In this document: positions 12,134 through 25,190 of the stretch, piece after piece
How the letters are laid out: each line of letters begins with the position of its first letter
Position numbering within the stretch: position 1 is the stretch's first letter
Source of the DNA: Mobula hypostoma
Lineage: Eukaryota
Direction of reading: 5' to 3'
Assembly: GCF_963921235.1 (NCBI RefSeq)
Contig: NC_086097.1
Coordinates: 123,630,001 to 123,694,000 of the forward strand
Length of the DNA: 64,000 nt
Notes under the pieces: generated by a model
The model's input: only the letters and a program-made list of their open reading frames with translations
Database searches by the model: none
What the model was told of the DNA's origin: nothing
Made by a program: the position numbers and the translations under genes

Positions 12134-14429
12134 TTCTGCTGTTTGTCTTTTCTTTCTTTCGGGAATTTTAACCCAATCAATTTACTCCGTCCCAAATTTA
12201 GCGTTCAAAATCGCGGACGAGAACCCCACTTATGTTACGTACCCCGTAACTGGGTTGCCAAACCAGCAGAAATGGATCACTCAGTTGGAGTCTGGATTAC
12301 TAGAACTAAGAAAGTTTTATTAAAGAAACAAGCAACACAGTAATCGAAAGGATAATAAATGCAACAGTTCAGCGATGATAAACACACATGTGCACAGAAT
12401 TAAGATAACAGCATCAATCAAGCTCTATCGTTGTCTAGGGGTAAATGACCAAATTTCAAAGTGACTCAAAGTTCAGTCCAGTTTAGTAGTTCAGTTCGCA
12501 GCAATCGTTGCTATGGCGATGGACAACGTGGGGGGAGAGAGAGAGGGAACAGGAACAACTGATCATTCAGACACGGCTTCACTCACAGACCGGCGAGATG
12601 GCTCACAAGCAGCTTTTGGGCGGGTCCTTGGTGATGTCACCTGAGGTCACCGACTGTGACCCCTCCTCCAGATGCGGTCGATCCTCTGCAGTGAACCCGG
12701 CACCCAGGCAAGGGCGGACACACACCGGGTTCCCGCTGATCATACCTTTCCACCCTGGCCGTTGTCTGGTACTACCCACCGACTCGTGAGAGGCGCACCG
12801 CTTCCAGGGTCTCGTTACCTCGGGTGGCATGTGTCCTGCCTTAGCGAACCTGTCCCTTTTTATCCCCCTGCTGGGGCATCGCCTGTCCACCACTTCAAAC
12901 AGTTCAGGGTTCAAAGGGGGGAGCCGCTCCAGACAGCTCTCTCTCTCGTCCCTTCATTACACATCTCCAGACGCTGCTCCATTGTTCCTTATCTCTCCTT
13001 CCCCTGAGGGCAGGTGGCAGACCACTTGCTAATGTCACTGATGCTAACCCAGGCCAGCAAACATCTTAATTTTATGTGTATTCTCGTCACATTTCTCTCT
13101 CTTGAGCCTGACCCCTGGTGCCTGTACTTGCCTCGTCTCAGTTCTCCCATTTTGAATTGCCTCCAACATTGGCTTGTTCCCCAGTCTTGGACCCGTGCCC
13201 CACCACTTCGATTTGGCTCATTCACACCATGCAGCAATCTTCCTTAGACTTAGAGCATGGCGCCAATTCTTTAAAAAAAAGATGTAGAGCATTTTTTTTC
13301 CCTCTCAAAAAGTTGTGTATCATGAGACTTTCCCATCTCAGAGGAGTATGGATGATGATCCATTATCTATGTTTGGCGATGAAATTGATTTTTAGACCGC
13401 CAGTAAATCAAGAGGTATTGAATGGACAGAAAAGCAAAAATTAGGTCAAAGATCAAAATTAATCATGATCATAGTGACTGTTGGGAAAGACTGAAGAGAC
13501 CATAAAATCTGCATGTTCTCTTGGTTCTTAGGTCCTTAAATAATTAGAAGCAATATTTCATTTACCATGCACAAGCAACATACAAGTGACATGAAATGGT
13601 GATAGGCAAAGCAAATACAATTTTAGGATACAGGGCAAGTAAGCATAAAATAAAAACCACTAAAGGCCACACTTTCATATGTACTAATACCTTTAGAGTA
13701 CAGCTTTTAGATATAAATGTCAAGGCTAACAACATTCTGGGAAAAGGCTTTCCAGATTGGTATCAACCCTGACATTTTCTACAGTGAACACAACTCAGAG
13801 GAAATCATAATGATAAAAATATTAGGTAGTTCATTTGGACAGATTACCACATATACATGAATGCTAAGACAATAGAAATTACATCTGCATATCCTACCTA
13901 GTTCAGACTATTTAAGCGTACAACAGGTATAGATTTGCTACTGTTGTTTATAGATCTTGCTATGTAATTCGAACTGCAATGATTTAATAGTCAAAAGCAG
14001 CCTCTGGTAATTTTTGTCACCTGAAGCGTAATTCATTTGTTTCTTATTTCATTGCATGGCCCAGTAAGACTAAGGGTCAAAGAGTGCTATAGCTGTACAT
14101 ATCACCACAAATGGTAGCTTGATTATTCACTGGGTAATAATATGTGCATGGTAGTTGCGGAAGTTAGGTCTTGAATGTCAGGAAATTTAGTGACATTTTA
14201 TTAGCTTAGGTTATAATGCATTTCAAATGTAAGGTCTGAGTTAGTCATTAATTCATGGTTTATGGAGTTGTATGGATTCAGTCACCAAATGAAACATCAG
14301 AGTTCAAATTAGTTTTATTACAAAGTACATATATGTCACCATATATTATCTTGAGAGACATTTTCTTGCAGGCATTTCCAGGAAAACAAAGGAAAAGAAA
14401 TACAATAGAATCAATGAATAACTACACAC

Positions 14430-17400
14430 TTCATATAAGAAAAATGAAATTGAAGCAATAGTGATAAGCGTGGACGCTGAAAAGGCATTTGATTCGGTTA
14501 ATTGGAATTTTCTCTATAGAGTTTTACATAGATTTGGTCTACATGACACAATTATTAAAACTATACAAGCACTATACGACAATCCTACTGCCAGGATTAA
14601 AATCAATGGATATTTATCTAATAGTTTTACCCTAGAAAGGGGCACAAGACAGGGTTGTGCATGGTCACCGCTACTCTTCACATTATATCTGGAACCATTA
14701 GCTCAATACATCAGACAAAATGAAGATATCAGGGGAATTACTATTAAAGGGACAGAGCATAAATTGGCCTGTTACGCGGATGACATTTTGATCTGTCTAG
14801 GGCAACCAACATACTCTTTACCTAAATTGATGCAATCCTTTGAACAATATGGCCAATTATCAGGATACAAGATCAACATAGATAAAACCCAACTACTTTC
14901 ATATAACTATAGCCCACTGAGAGAAATTGAAAGTAGATATCCTTGGGCACGGCAAACAGAGTCTGTCAAATATTTGGGCATCATTATGCCAAAAGATTTG
15001 GCAAAATTATCAGAATGCAATTATCAGCCAATATATAAAAAAAAATTAAGGAAGATATAGCAAGGTGGAACCTAATTCCTTTTCTTGGTCTCAGTTCAAG
15101 GATTGAATCTATTAAAATGAATATACTGCCCAGACTACTATATCTCTTTCAGACCCTACCAATAGAGATTAACCAAAATCAATTCAATGAATGGAACAAG
15201 ATATTAGGTAAAAGGCCTAGGGTTCGTCTCAAAACTCTGCAATTAGCCAAGGAGAAGGGGGGATGGGGCCTACCTTCTCGTAGAGATTATTGTTTTTCAG
15301 CACAGTTGAGAGCCATGATATACCAGTGCAACCCATCATATGATGCTCAATGGAAAAACATTGAGGAGAGGATACTTTCCATCCCCATACAGGCAATTTT
15401 GGCTGATAACAACCTACAAAGTTACATAAATAATATTGACAACCCGTGGGTGAAATGGACTCTTAAAATATGGAAAATTATTATAAAAGAACATAAACTG
15501 AGAAAGGCTTTGCAATTCTTAAATGGTGTGCATATGACTCAGATTTTATGCTGAATAAACTGGATGCTAGATTTAAGGACTGGACAGCTAAAGGAATAAT
15601 AACTATTTGCAATATAATGAAAGAAGGAACACTGTTCAGTTTTGAAATGCTCAAAGAGAAACACTTATTACAAAAACAAGACTTTTACCGATATTTACAA
15701 ATGTGACAATATGTTAATAGGACAGTTAAAAATGTAACCAAGGCAAGTACATTTCTGATAGGGCTGTTTAGAAAAGCATATAATTCAGACAACGGTAGTA
15801 AAATCATTTCAAGCGTGTATAAGCATTTGTCAAATCTTAAAACACATTCGACTTCATACATTAAACACAAAATGGGAGAAGGAAGGAGGGATAATAATAT
15901 CTGAGGAAGACTGGACAGTAATATGGAGGTATCAATCGAAGTGTACCAGTTCACAGAAATGGAGGGAGTTCGGGTGGAAAAACTTGATAAGACATTTTAT
16001 TATACCCTCTCAGAAATTCCATTATGATAATAACCCCCCTGTTTGCTGGAGAAATTGTGGAAATCAAAATGCAAACCATTATCAGATTTTCTGGGAATGC
16101 CCCATTATCAAAGACTATTGGAGTGGGATACATAATGCCCTACAAGACATCTTTAAATGTGAAATACCCTTAGAGTTAAAAATACACTTGGACTAAGATG
16201 TTAACTGTCCTGTGCTGTCACCAGTGGGAACTTCAGTTCATCTGCCACCTGTCTTCAGGAGTTTCAGCCCGCTTATGATCAAGACTCCCTCGAGGTAGTG
16301 GGCCAGCAGTGCTAAAGCACCTCCTCCCACTGGTGAGCTTAAAAACTTGGCATCTGCCTCTATCAGTCACTTCCATCCAACAGATAGTTTGCTCTTCAGG
16401 TGTCTATGCAACTACTGAAGGGTCTGCAAGATATGTATACACTGTCTGACTATCTGCCCTTCTGGACATATTTGTTCCACACCCATGCTGATCCTTTCTC
16501 TGCTGCCTCAGCTACAGCCCTGCTGGAAGACTTGATCTCTCTTCTAGTGAAGCCAAGGTCACGCAGCCACTTCTGGAGAGTGAACGCAATAAACTCATGG
16601 CAACCTACTTCAAATGGATAGCATGAGACCTTCCACCCTCTGTCTCTGCACTCTGATCTTAATTCTGCATACTTGGTTAACTTGTGCTCATGGGCTTCAT
16701 CGATGTTGTCTTCCCAGGGGACTGTGAGTTCACCAATAACCACTTCCCTACTGGTGTCAGACCATATGATTATATCTGGACGCAATGTGGTGAAAGCTAT
16801 TTGCTCCGGGAAACTGCCTTTCCCATCCAGGTCGGCCTTGACACACCAATCATTGGCTGAAGAAAGTATGCTTGATCGTGAGCCTGTGCTGTACACCCTT
16901 GACTTGGAGCCTTCTTTCACAAATGATATGCGATGTTCTGTGCAGCATGGGGCATGAGATAAGTTGTGCTGCAGTACTCTCTGCTCAACCGCTTCTGTTA
17001 CAACTTTGAGAACGTTGTTATGTCTCCAAGTGTACATGCCGCTGGAAAGATTGACTCTGCATGCACTCAGAATATGTTGAAGTGTTCCCTTCTCGCCACA
17101 AGCAGCACACCTGTCTGTCTTATCTTCATACCAGGTGCGAGGTTGGGAAGTGTTGGGAGCAGATCGTACGCTGCTCTGCATAGAAAAGAAACGCGGAGCG
17201 ATTCCATCTGCCACAGAACATTCCAAGATAGATGTCGTTGTTCAACACTTTCCCACAAGGTCCAAGCCCCTTGTTTGGCCAGGCCAGCTGTTTTAGCTAA
17301 CCTCTTCTCCTCTTCTACCTCTCGTATTTCTTGTGTTACAAGCTCACGGCACTCCTTACCTGTAGAAGATGACCACCACTTGTGGGTTGTCCACCCAAGT

Positions 17401-20150
17401 CCCTGGTGGCCTAGCTGGATAGCCCCAACCATCTCCTTGTGCTTCAATCTAGACTCTGCCTCATCAACTGCTACACAGGCTGACCACTTCCTGCCTGATC
17501 TCTCATCTGGCTGGGTATTCTTGATGACAGGGTCTTTTGAGTCTCGAAGCATCAAGAATGATCTTACCTCGGCAACCTTGACCTCTTCAACAAGGGATTG
17601 CACTGGGATGGTAAGCTTTGTCTGGCTACTGTGGATTGCAACATTGGTGAGGCTGCTCGGTACTCCAAGCCACTTCTTCACATACTTGTTGATCTTCTGT
17701 TCCATTGCCTCAACATGGGACATTGCCACTTCATAGACAGTTAGTGGCCACATTATCCGTGGCATCAGTCCGTACTGCAAGCACCACAACCTCAACTTGC
17801 CAGGCAAGCCACACCTGTCAACAGATATCAGACCTCTATTGATCTGTTCTCCTGTCTCTTGAACCCTCTTGGTGTCTCTCAGTTCCTCTGTGTACCATCG
17901 CCCGAGGCTCTTAACTGGTTGGTCCTGAATGGATGGAATCTCCTCTCCACAAAGGGTGAAATGAAAGTCAACCAGTTTTCCTCTCCTAAGAACAAGGTTC
18001 CTTGACTTCTTGGTCTTGAATTTCATTCTTCCCCAATCCATTAGCTCCTTGAGTTTAGATAGTACATTTTCCACTGCCTCCGTGCTGGGACCCAAAAGGG
18101 TGAGATCGCCCATGAACGCTCGTATTGGCGGTAACTCCCCTCCGCCATCAAGTGCGACACCTGGCCCCACTGATTCTGCAGCCCTCACAATGACCTCCAT
18201 GGCTAACACAAAAAGGATAGGTGAAATCACACATCCCATTGGGATTCCAACATCCAAGCTCTGCCTCCTAGTTGTAAACTGCTGAGTGGAAAACCTCATG
18301 CAGAAATCGTTGTAGTACTGCATAACAAAGTTCCTCACCTTAGCAGGAATCCATAGGAATTCCATCGCAAACTCTATCAGGACATGGGGAACAGAACAAT
18401 ACGCATTTGTCAGATCAAGCCAAACTACAGCCAGATTTCTTCTCAACCTTTTTGACTCCTTGATGGTATGCCATATCATACTAGAATGTTCAAGGCAGCC
18501 AGGGAAGCCTGGTATTCCTGCCTTCTGCACAGATGTATTTACGAATCCATTCTCTATCACAAATGAAAATGTTCTTTCTGCCAGAATGCCAAACATAATC
18601 TTCCCCTCTACATTCAGGAGTGAAATTGGTCGGAACTGATTCAACGTAGAAGAATTCTCTTCCTTCGGGATGTTTTCTCCTTCAGCCTCACTCCATGACA
18701 GAGGAACACCACCTTGTCTCCACACCACCTTTAACAATCTCCACAAGTATTTCCTCAGTTCTTCACACTTCTTGAACACCTTATATGGCACTCCATTAGG
18801 TCCTGGCACTGAGCCTGACCTTGCCTTTCTGATGAACCGTTCGACTTCTGCCAGTTTGGGTTCTGATAGATCGAACTTCACTCCTGGCTTGGTAGGCTTC
18901 ACAAGCCCTGAAATGTCAAGCAAAGGAGCCTCCCGCTGTTCGTTAGAGTAAGTGCTTGCCAGGTGATCCTCAAGTTCTTGTTGAGAGATGTTAAGCTGTC
19001 CGCTCTTACTTTGTTCAAACAGTTTCTTTCTGAACTCATGAGGGTTCTCAAAGAACGACTTTCTTGCCTTCTCTCTCTTCTTTCTCTTTTTACGTTGTGA
19101 GTCTGCACGACGGAGTGATGCTAACCTTAAATCGAAAATGTTCTCGGAGATCAGCAAGCCCTGGCTTGTCATCCTCACCTGCTACCTTCCACCTCTGTTT
19201 CAACGATCTAAGCTCTCTCCCCAACCTACTAATCTCCTTCTGGTGCCTGCTTGGTTGTTGTGTAGGCTTTGCTTTCTTCAACTCAACCAAACCAAACCTG
19301 TACTTTCCAACATCGTAAATCATATCGCCCATCACTTCCAACTTTCTCTTTGATGTTCCCCTGAGAGTGTTCTTCAACATCATATTGATATCCTCATCAA
19401 ACACACACTAAGCCTTCTCATCTGCCATTGCTGGCCACTTGACCTTCCTCTTCTTCTCTACCTCCTCACCACCGCCATCATGCGAAGGATCTACCTGAGT
19501 ACTGTGCTCTGAAACCTGACCTGGGTTATCTCTCGTCTGACCTGGAGTATGATGCCTCTCTCCAGAGTGAATCGCTGTGGCTTGTGAATCAGGGGTTGAA
19601 AAGACCACATCAACTGTGCTTAGAGAGTAAGACCATATATTTTGGTCTTACTCTCTACTCTATAACCTCAAGAATGGTTGAAAAGAGATAAATATTTAAT
19701 GAATGTACTGTTAGTGGCTGGTTAGAAGACCCTTACCAGGAAATGGTTATCACAGGAGAGCCCAACTCTAAATGTATGGACGGAAATTACAATGGACATT
19801 TACAAAATGGAGAAGACAACAGCATCTTTTAATCATAAGTTGGAACAATTTTATTCATACTGGACAAAATGGCTCAACTACATAACACCTTATAGGCCTG
19901 ATTTTATTCTCACAAGTCAATGAATATGTTGTAAAAAAAAAATCACTCCCTACTCTGTACATAGTTTTCTTCTTTCGATTGTTCTTTCTTTCCTCTCCTT
20001 TCTATAAGTGTATACCTCAGATAATTATTATGTGGAGATTTGTGACAAATATGATTATATGATATATGAGTACAGTATCTGAAATACATCTATTGGAAAT
20101 GTTTGTTTGATGATGAAATTCAATAAAAAATAAATTACAAAAAAAAGGAA
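14430..20150 (+). mobile_element. 5'-truncated L1-clade LINE (RT, zinc knuckle, 3'UTR, A-tail), interrupted by HERO element
   Basis: [70 protein letters not shown] at 14420-14429 and 20151-20160. Inserted in an older LINE tail whose uninterrupted version is at about 60860-61130. Confidence 0.9.
16176..19618 (-). mobile_element. HERO-type (R2-group, restriction-like endonuclease) non-LTR retrotransposon, 5'-truncated
   Basis: RT (FRPISLLNVEGK, QKAGIPGFPGCLEH, WLDLTNAY, GIPMGCVISP, FMGDL), CCHC (CAACGEKGTLQHILSAC..YTWRHN) and RLE (RPDIIIWS, ELTVPWE, KLTKY). TSD CTTAGAG at 16169-16175 and 19619-19625. Frameshifted. Confidence 0.85.
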
Positions 20151-20364
20151 AACTACACACAAAGGCTGACAACCAATATGCAAAAGAAGACAAAGTGTGC
20201 AAACAAAAATAAATAAATTCATAAATAAATAACGCTGAGCACATGATCTGTTAAGTCCTTGGAAGTGAGTCCATAGGTTGTGGAATCAATTCATAGTTGT
20301 GGTGAGTGAAGTTATCCACACCGGTTCAGGGGCCTGAAGGTTGTAAGATAAATATTAGTGTTTA

Positions 20365-20660
20365 GGGCAGCAATGAAGGTCCTCCATCTTGGTCTACCCA
20401 TACCATCGTACACAGATATAGAAGGATTCTTCATTGTTGTTTCCATAACAATTATTTTGACCAGTAAGGAGTGTTAGCCCTGAAACTGGAAGGCCGGTGG
20501 ACTACTTTAAGTCTGGCCTCTACCCTTTGACCTGTTTGACATGGGTGATCCCATCAAGAGCCAAAGCACAAGGCCGTGACTCCAGCCAACATAGCTCTCT
20601 GGGTCACTGAGGCACGTAAGCCTCCAAACCCTATGACAAGGTTATGGTCCACTTCGAGGA
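20365..20660. mobile_element. Probable RTE-type LINE 5'UTR-derived repeat
   Basis: Resembles, from memory, RTE 5' sequences (CTTTGACCTGTTTGACATGGGTG..CCAACATAGCTCTCTGGGTCACTGAGGCACGTAAGCC). Not verified. Confidence 0.35.
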
Positions 20661-21416
20661 TGTCTTATGTTAGAGGTGATATAAATCAAAATAGATTTTT
20701 AAACTACAGTACAATGCTGATTGACTCTCTGCAAGAGACATTTGTCGGGTGGTTTTGATCATCCCCTGGCTTTTGAATGGCAACACTGTTGAATCAGGCA
20801 CAATGGTTATTGAGCGGCTGGTTGAAAATATAAATTGGAGAGTGATCATCAACTTCTGAGTAAGTTTGATTTTCCAGCATTTGATGTGAAGAAATTTATT
20901 GATTGGCTATTTAATTCCATGAGTGGGAAGCATCAGAAGTATAGCTTTATCGTATCTTCATCTTCGAGGTTATGTATTCCCCATTTTTACTTCCCAACCA
21001 GCTAATCACTGTTAAAAGAGGGTGTTGGTTGAAGTGTTAAACACTGAACTATCATGCAGCTTCATTAATGACTACTGGATTGCTAAGTGACAACCAGCTT
21101 TTTAGTAAGATAATCTCAATTCATTTACTAAATTGTTAAGTAAAATGGGCATTACCAGTGTTTGGATTTAAATAACCCTCTATTGATGTTTTTTATTCCA
21201 GGTTTATTCGAACAATTGAAATTGAATTCCCATGATGATGATGGAATTCATATTCCTGTTTTTAGATATATGGCCAGACCTCTATATTAATTCAGTGACA
21301 AAGACAGAAAAAGACAGGAATTTGAATTTGAGAACAGGGTGGGAATAAGGGAGGGAGAAGGATGAAGGGTGAAAGGATGACAATGAATACTTTTAGGTGT
21401 TAAGAGACGGCCAAGA

Positions 21417-21630
21417 TAAGAACATAGAACATAGAAATCTACAGCACATTACAGGCCCTTCGACCCACAATGTTGTGCTGACCATGTAACCTACTCTGGA
21501 GACTGCCTAGAATCTCCCTAGCACATAGCCCTCTATTTTTCTAAGCTCCATGTACCTACCTAAGAGTCTCTTAAAAGACCCTATTGCTGGCACCGTTGCT
21601 GGCAGTGCATTCCACGCACCCACCACTCTC
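21417..21630 (-). mobile_element. CR1 3' end fragment
   Basis: (CATAGAA)n tail; reverse complement of the CR1 3' end at about 28420-28625. Confidence 0.85.
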
Positions 21631-21636
21631 TTTATA

Positions 21637-24600
21637 CACTCGCAGCTACTTTATTAAGTATACCTGTACACCTACTCGATAATGAAAATTACTAATCATT
21701 CAATCTTGTGGCAGCTACTCAATGCGTAAAAGTATGCAGAAATAGTTGAGAGGTACAGTTGTTGTTCAGACCAAACACCAGAAGGGGAAAGAAATGTAAT
21801 CTAATTGACTTTGGTCATGGAATGATTGTTGGTGCCACATGGATGGTTTGAGTATCTCAGAAACTGCTGATCTCTTGGGATTTTCAGGCAGTGGCGTATC
21901 TAAGGTATGGCAGGCATGGCACGTGCCCTGTGCGCCATTTGAAGGGGGGGCACCACTGAGCAGTTTCTACTAAAGTCAGCCAAGCCATCCTCGGATAGTG
22001 GAAAAAGACTTTTCTTCAGATGTATGATCTGTCTTTGATTATCATGGGTGAGAAGCACTAGGATGGCCTTATTTCAGAGCATTGTGTAAGAAGACCATGA
22101 AACGTTTCTTCATGAAGAAGAAGGAAAGTGGAGCTGAAGGACGGAAGAGACAAAAGTTGGAGGTGGAGGAAGCCAAGAAGTCGAGCAAGTTCTTCATGCC
22201 CTTCTTAGAAAAGCCCGGAACAAGTAGTTCGACACGTTCCATGGAGTCGCCTGCACCTGCTACAAGCTTGTTAGAATCCGATGGTGGATCAAGTACAAAT
22301 GCGTCACAAGCCAAAGAGGAAGGCAAGTCAGATAAATCCGAGTATGACAAGATTAAGAGTGAGACTGCCACAGAGAACGTGGACATGACAGGAGGGGAAG
22401 ACAATGGTGGTGGTGGTGATGTTGAGTTTATTGACGAGATTGAACCTGACGACACTGAACCTAGTGAACTGGATGGTGTCAAAGAACCTCGAACTGTCAT
22501 ACCAGAAGTGATTGAACAGCATGAGATTGGACTTCTGAAGTTCGACAAGGATACTGAAAGAGGAATTCTGCCTGACGCGTTGAGAACAGAAATAATAAAG
22601 TTGGGTTCGAAGTATTTCCAGAACAGTGAGGGGCCTTTCCTACCAACAAATAACCGCTCATTGAACAAAAATTGGTTCAAGAGGAAATTGGGAAATGGTC
22701 GTGGTGAGGAAGTGACTCGCTCATGGCTGGTCTTTTCCCCTTCTAAAAAGTCTGCATTTTGTATCTGTTGTCTTCTCTATTCCCAGTCAGACCATCAATC
22801 TTCATTGAGGCAGGAAAGTGGATTCAACCCGTGGAAAGCACCTGAAAGGATTAGTATTCATGAAAATGACAAGAATCATCGGGAATGCTTCACACAGTGG
22901 AAAGAAATGGAAAGAAATTTAGCCGGAAACAGAGGAGTTATTGACACGGTATTTCAGTCACAGATTGAGATGGAAAAGCAGAAGTGGCGTAATATCTTGA
23001 CAAGAATCCTTCACTGCATAAAATTCCTTGCAAATCAGAACCTGGCTTTGCCAGGACACAGGGAGTCACTTCAGCTAGACGATGACTCCAATGTGGGAAC
23101 TTTCCTTGGCTTACTGAAACTACTGGCCATCTTTGTCCCTGTCAAAAAAAAACACCTCACTCATTTGGAAAGTCATCCTGGATCCACGTCTTATCTTTCA
23201 CCAGGTGTCCAGAATGAATTAATCCACATGATGGCATCCACTGTTCACCAGAGTTTACTGAGAAGCATTCGTAAAGCCAAGTACTATGGTCTCATGTTCG
23301 ACCTGTCTCCTGATCAGGCACACCGTGACGTGAGCAGATGTCAGAAGTAGTGAGGTATGTGGAAGTTGATTTTGAGAGGAAAACAGTCCGTGTTAGAGAG
23401 CCCTTCCTTGGTTTAATCCAGATAAGCCAGAAGGATGCTGAGAGCTTGGTTGAAGACATCTTGAAACAGCTAGAGAAGGATGAAATGGAGCTACTAGATT
23501 GTTGGTCACAGTGCTATGACAACGCTGCTGTGTTGGCTGGACACAGAAGTGGTGTTCATCAAAGATTATGTGAGAAAAACAACCTGGCAGTGTTTGTGAA
23601 TTGTGACAATCACTCACTCAACTTGGTGGGTGTACATGCAGCCAAGCAGGATACAATGATGGTCACGTTTTATGGAACCATCAAAGCACTCTACATATTT
23701 TTCTCTTGTTCAACACAGTGCTGGGAAAAACTCAAAAACACTGTGCCTGTGGTTGTTAAGTCGGAGTCCGAAACCAGGTGAAGCGCAAGACAGAATCAGT
23801 GAAGCCCGTCAACAAGTACCTTGAGGAGATACTTCAAGTTCTCCAAGACATGATAGACAATGAAAACGAGACCAGTGAAACAAGAAGTGACGCAAGACAG
23901 CTGTACAACCGTATGTTGAGATACGATTTTCTGATTTTGCTAGGATTTTGGAACAAAGTACTCATTCACATTGACCGTATTCAAAAGAGGCTACAGGATC
24001 CTAGCATGAACTTCCACGATGCTGCCCTGGATTTGAAAGCCCTCCAAGATCATTTTTATGATGAAGGAGAAGTGTTGGTCAGTGAATTACTCGAAGAAGG
24101 AGTCAGTCTCTGTCAAGAATGGAATATTGAAGTTGAAAGACGTCAGAGACGAAAGAAACGAATGGCTGATGAGAACTCGAGAGACGCTGGGTTAACAGCT
24201 AAGGAAGAAATGGAAGGAGTCATGAAGGGAACAGAGAAATGAACGAAAGATTCACTTGTTTGCACGACACTGTTGCCAAGTTTGGGTTCCTTCTTGATGT
24301 CGAGGGACTATGTTACGGCACCGACTGTAACGACCTAAAGAAGAAGTGCGAAAATTTGGGCGAATTGTACAGCTCTGATGTTGATGGACAGCAGCTACAT
24401 GAAGAAATTTTGGATTGCAGAATGTTGCTATCAAGGCGGGGCAACATGAAAATATTAAGACCTGAAGAGCTTCTTGAATTTATTGTTCAGTATAGAGATG
24501 AGAGAGTCTTCCCCAATCTTCGCATTGCTATTTAGATAATGCTAACCATTGCAGTTTCCACTGCCAGCTGTGAGAGATCAGTCAGCAAGTTAAAACTAAT

Positions 24601-25190
24601 ACTTTCATATTTGAAAGCCTCCATGGGTCAAGGCATACTCTGTGATCATGTTCTGCTGAGTGTAGAAAGAGAAGAAACTGAAAAAACTGACTTTGATCAC
24701 ATCATAGACCAATTTGCATCAGTGAAAGCAAGGAAGGTGCAGTTATAATTTTCATGTAGTGCCATAATTTGTTAATTAAAAGATTAACGAGCTTGACTTG
24801 TATTTTTGAGCTGATATTATGGTAAAGTTTTCTAAAAGATGGGTGTCAGGTGTTTGGACAGGGGCACAATTTCAGTGCTTGCCATAGGCACTATTTTCCA
24901 TAGATATGCCCCTGTTTTCAGGCACACCAGCCTCTAGAGTTTACAGAGAATGGTGCAAAAAAAAACAAAAAAAAATCTTATGAACAGCAGTTCTGTGGGT
25001 GAAAATGCCTTGTTAATGAGAGAGGAGAAAGGAGAATGGCCAGACTGGTTCAAGTTGACAGGAAGGCGACAGTAACTAAAATAACCAGGTGTTACAAGAG
25101 CATCTTTGAATGCACATGTTGAACCTTGAAGTGGATGGGCTACATCAGCAGACCATGAGCATACAATCAGTGGCCACTTTATGAGATACA
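21637..25190. mobile_element. Tc1-derived MITE split by the hAT insertion
   Basis: 21637-21888 and 24915-25190 join into a copy of the 3175-3681 family. Confidence 0.8.
21889..24914 (+). mobile_element. hAT (Tip100/ZMYM1-like) DNA transposon with frameshifted transposase (about 22097-24748)
   Basis: 8-bp TSD TTTTCAGG at 21881-21888 and 24915-24922; TIRs CAGTGGCGTATCTA / CAGGGGCATATCTA; TTF-type finger RSWLVFSPSKKSAFCICC, QCYDNAA, CDNHSLNL, hAT dimerisation motif STASCERSVSKLKLI. Confidence 0.93.

Larger units (their letters stand above)
8189..13091 (-). mobile_element. Gypsy (Gmr1-like) LTR retrotransposon, non-autonomous or internally deleted
   Basis: LTRs 12233-13091 and 8189-9038; TSD TTTC (8185-8188, 13092-13095); tRNA-Pro-like PBS TGGGGTTCTCGTCCGCGAT next to the 5' LTR; PPT AAAGGGGGGAAG next to the 3' LTR; gag-pro ORF and RT remnant. 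Confidence 0.95.

Noticed and set aside
5832..13032. Thrice-repeated small ORFs (MPWRWTTW..., ...ILCSEPGTQ...) as a gene family
   Set aside because: They lie within the three LTR copies, have no recognisable domains, and vary in frame and length.
16966..17736. Long antisense ORFs (also 22069-22680, 57375-57950, 10011-10685)
   Set aside because: Shadow frames of TE coding or low-complexity sequence with no independent signal.
22082..24748. Host ZMYM1-like gene
   Set aside because: TIRs, an 8-bp TSD, stops and frameshifts show a transposon.
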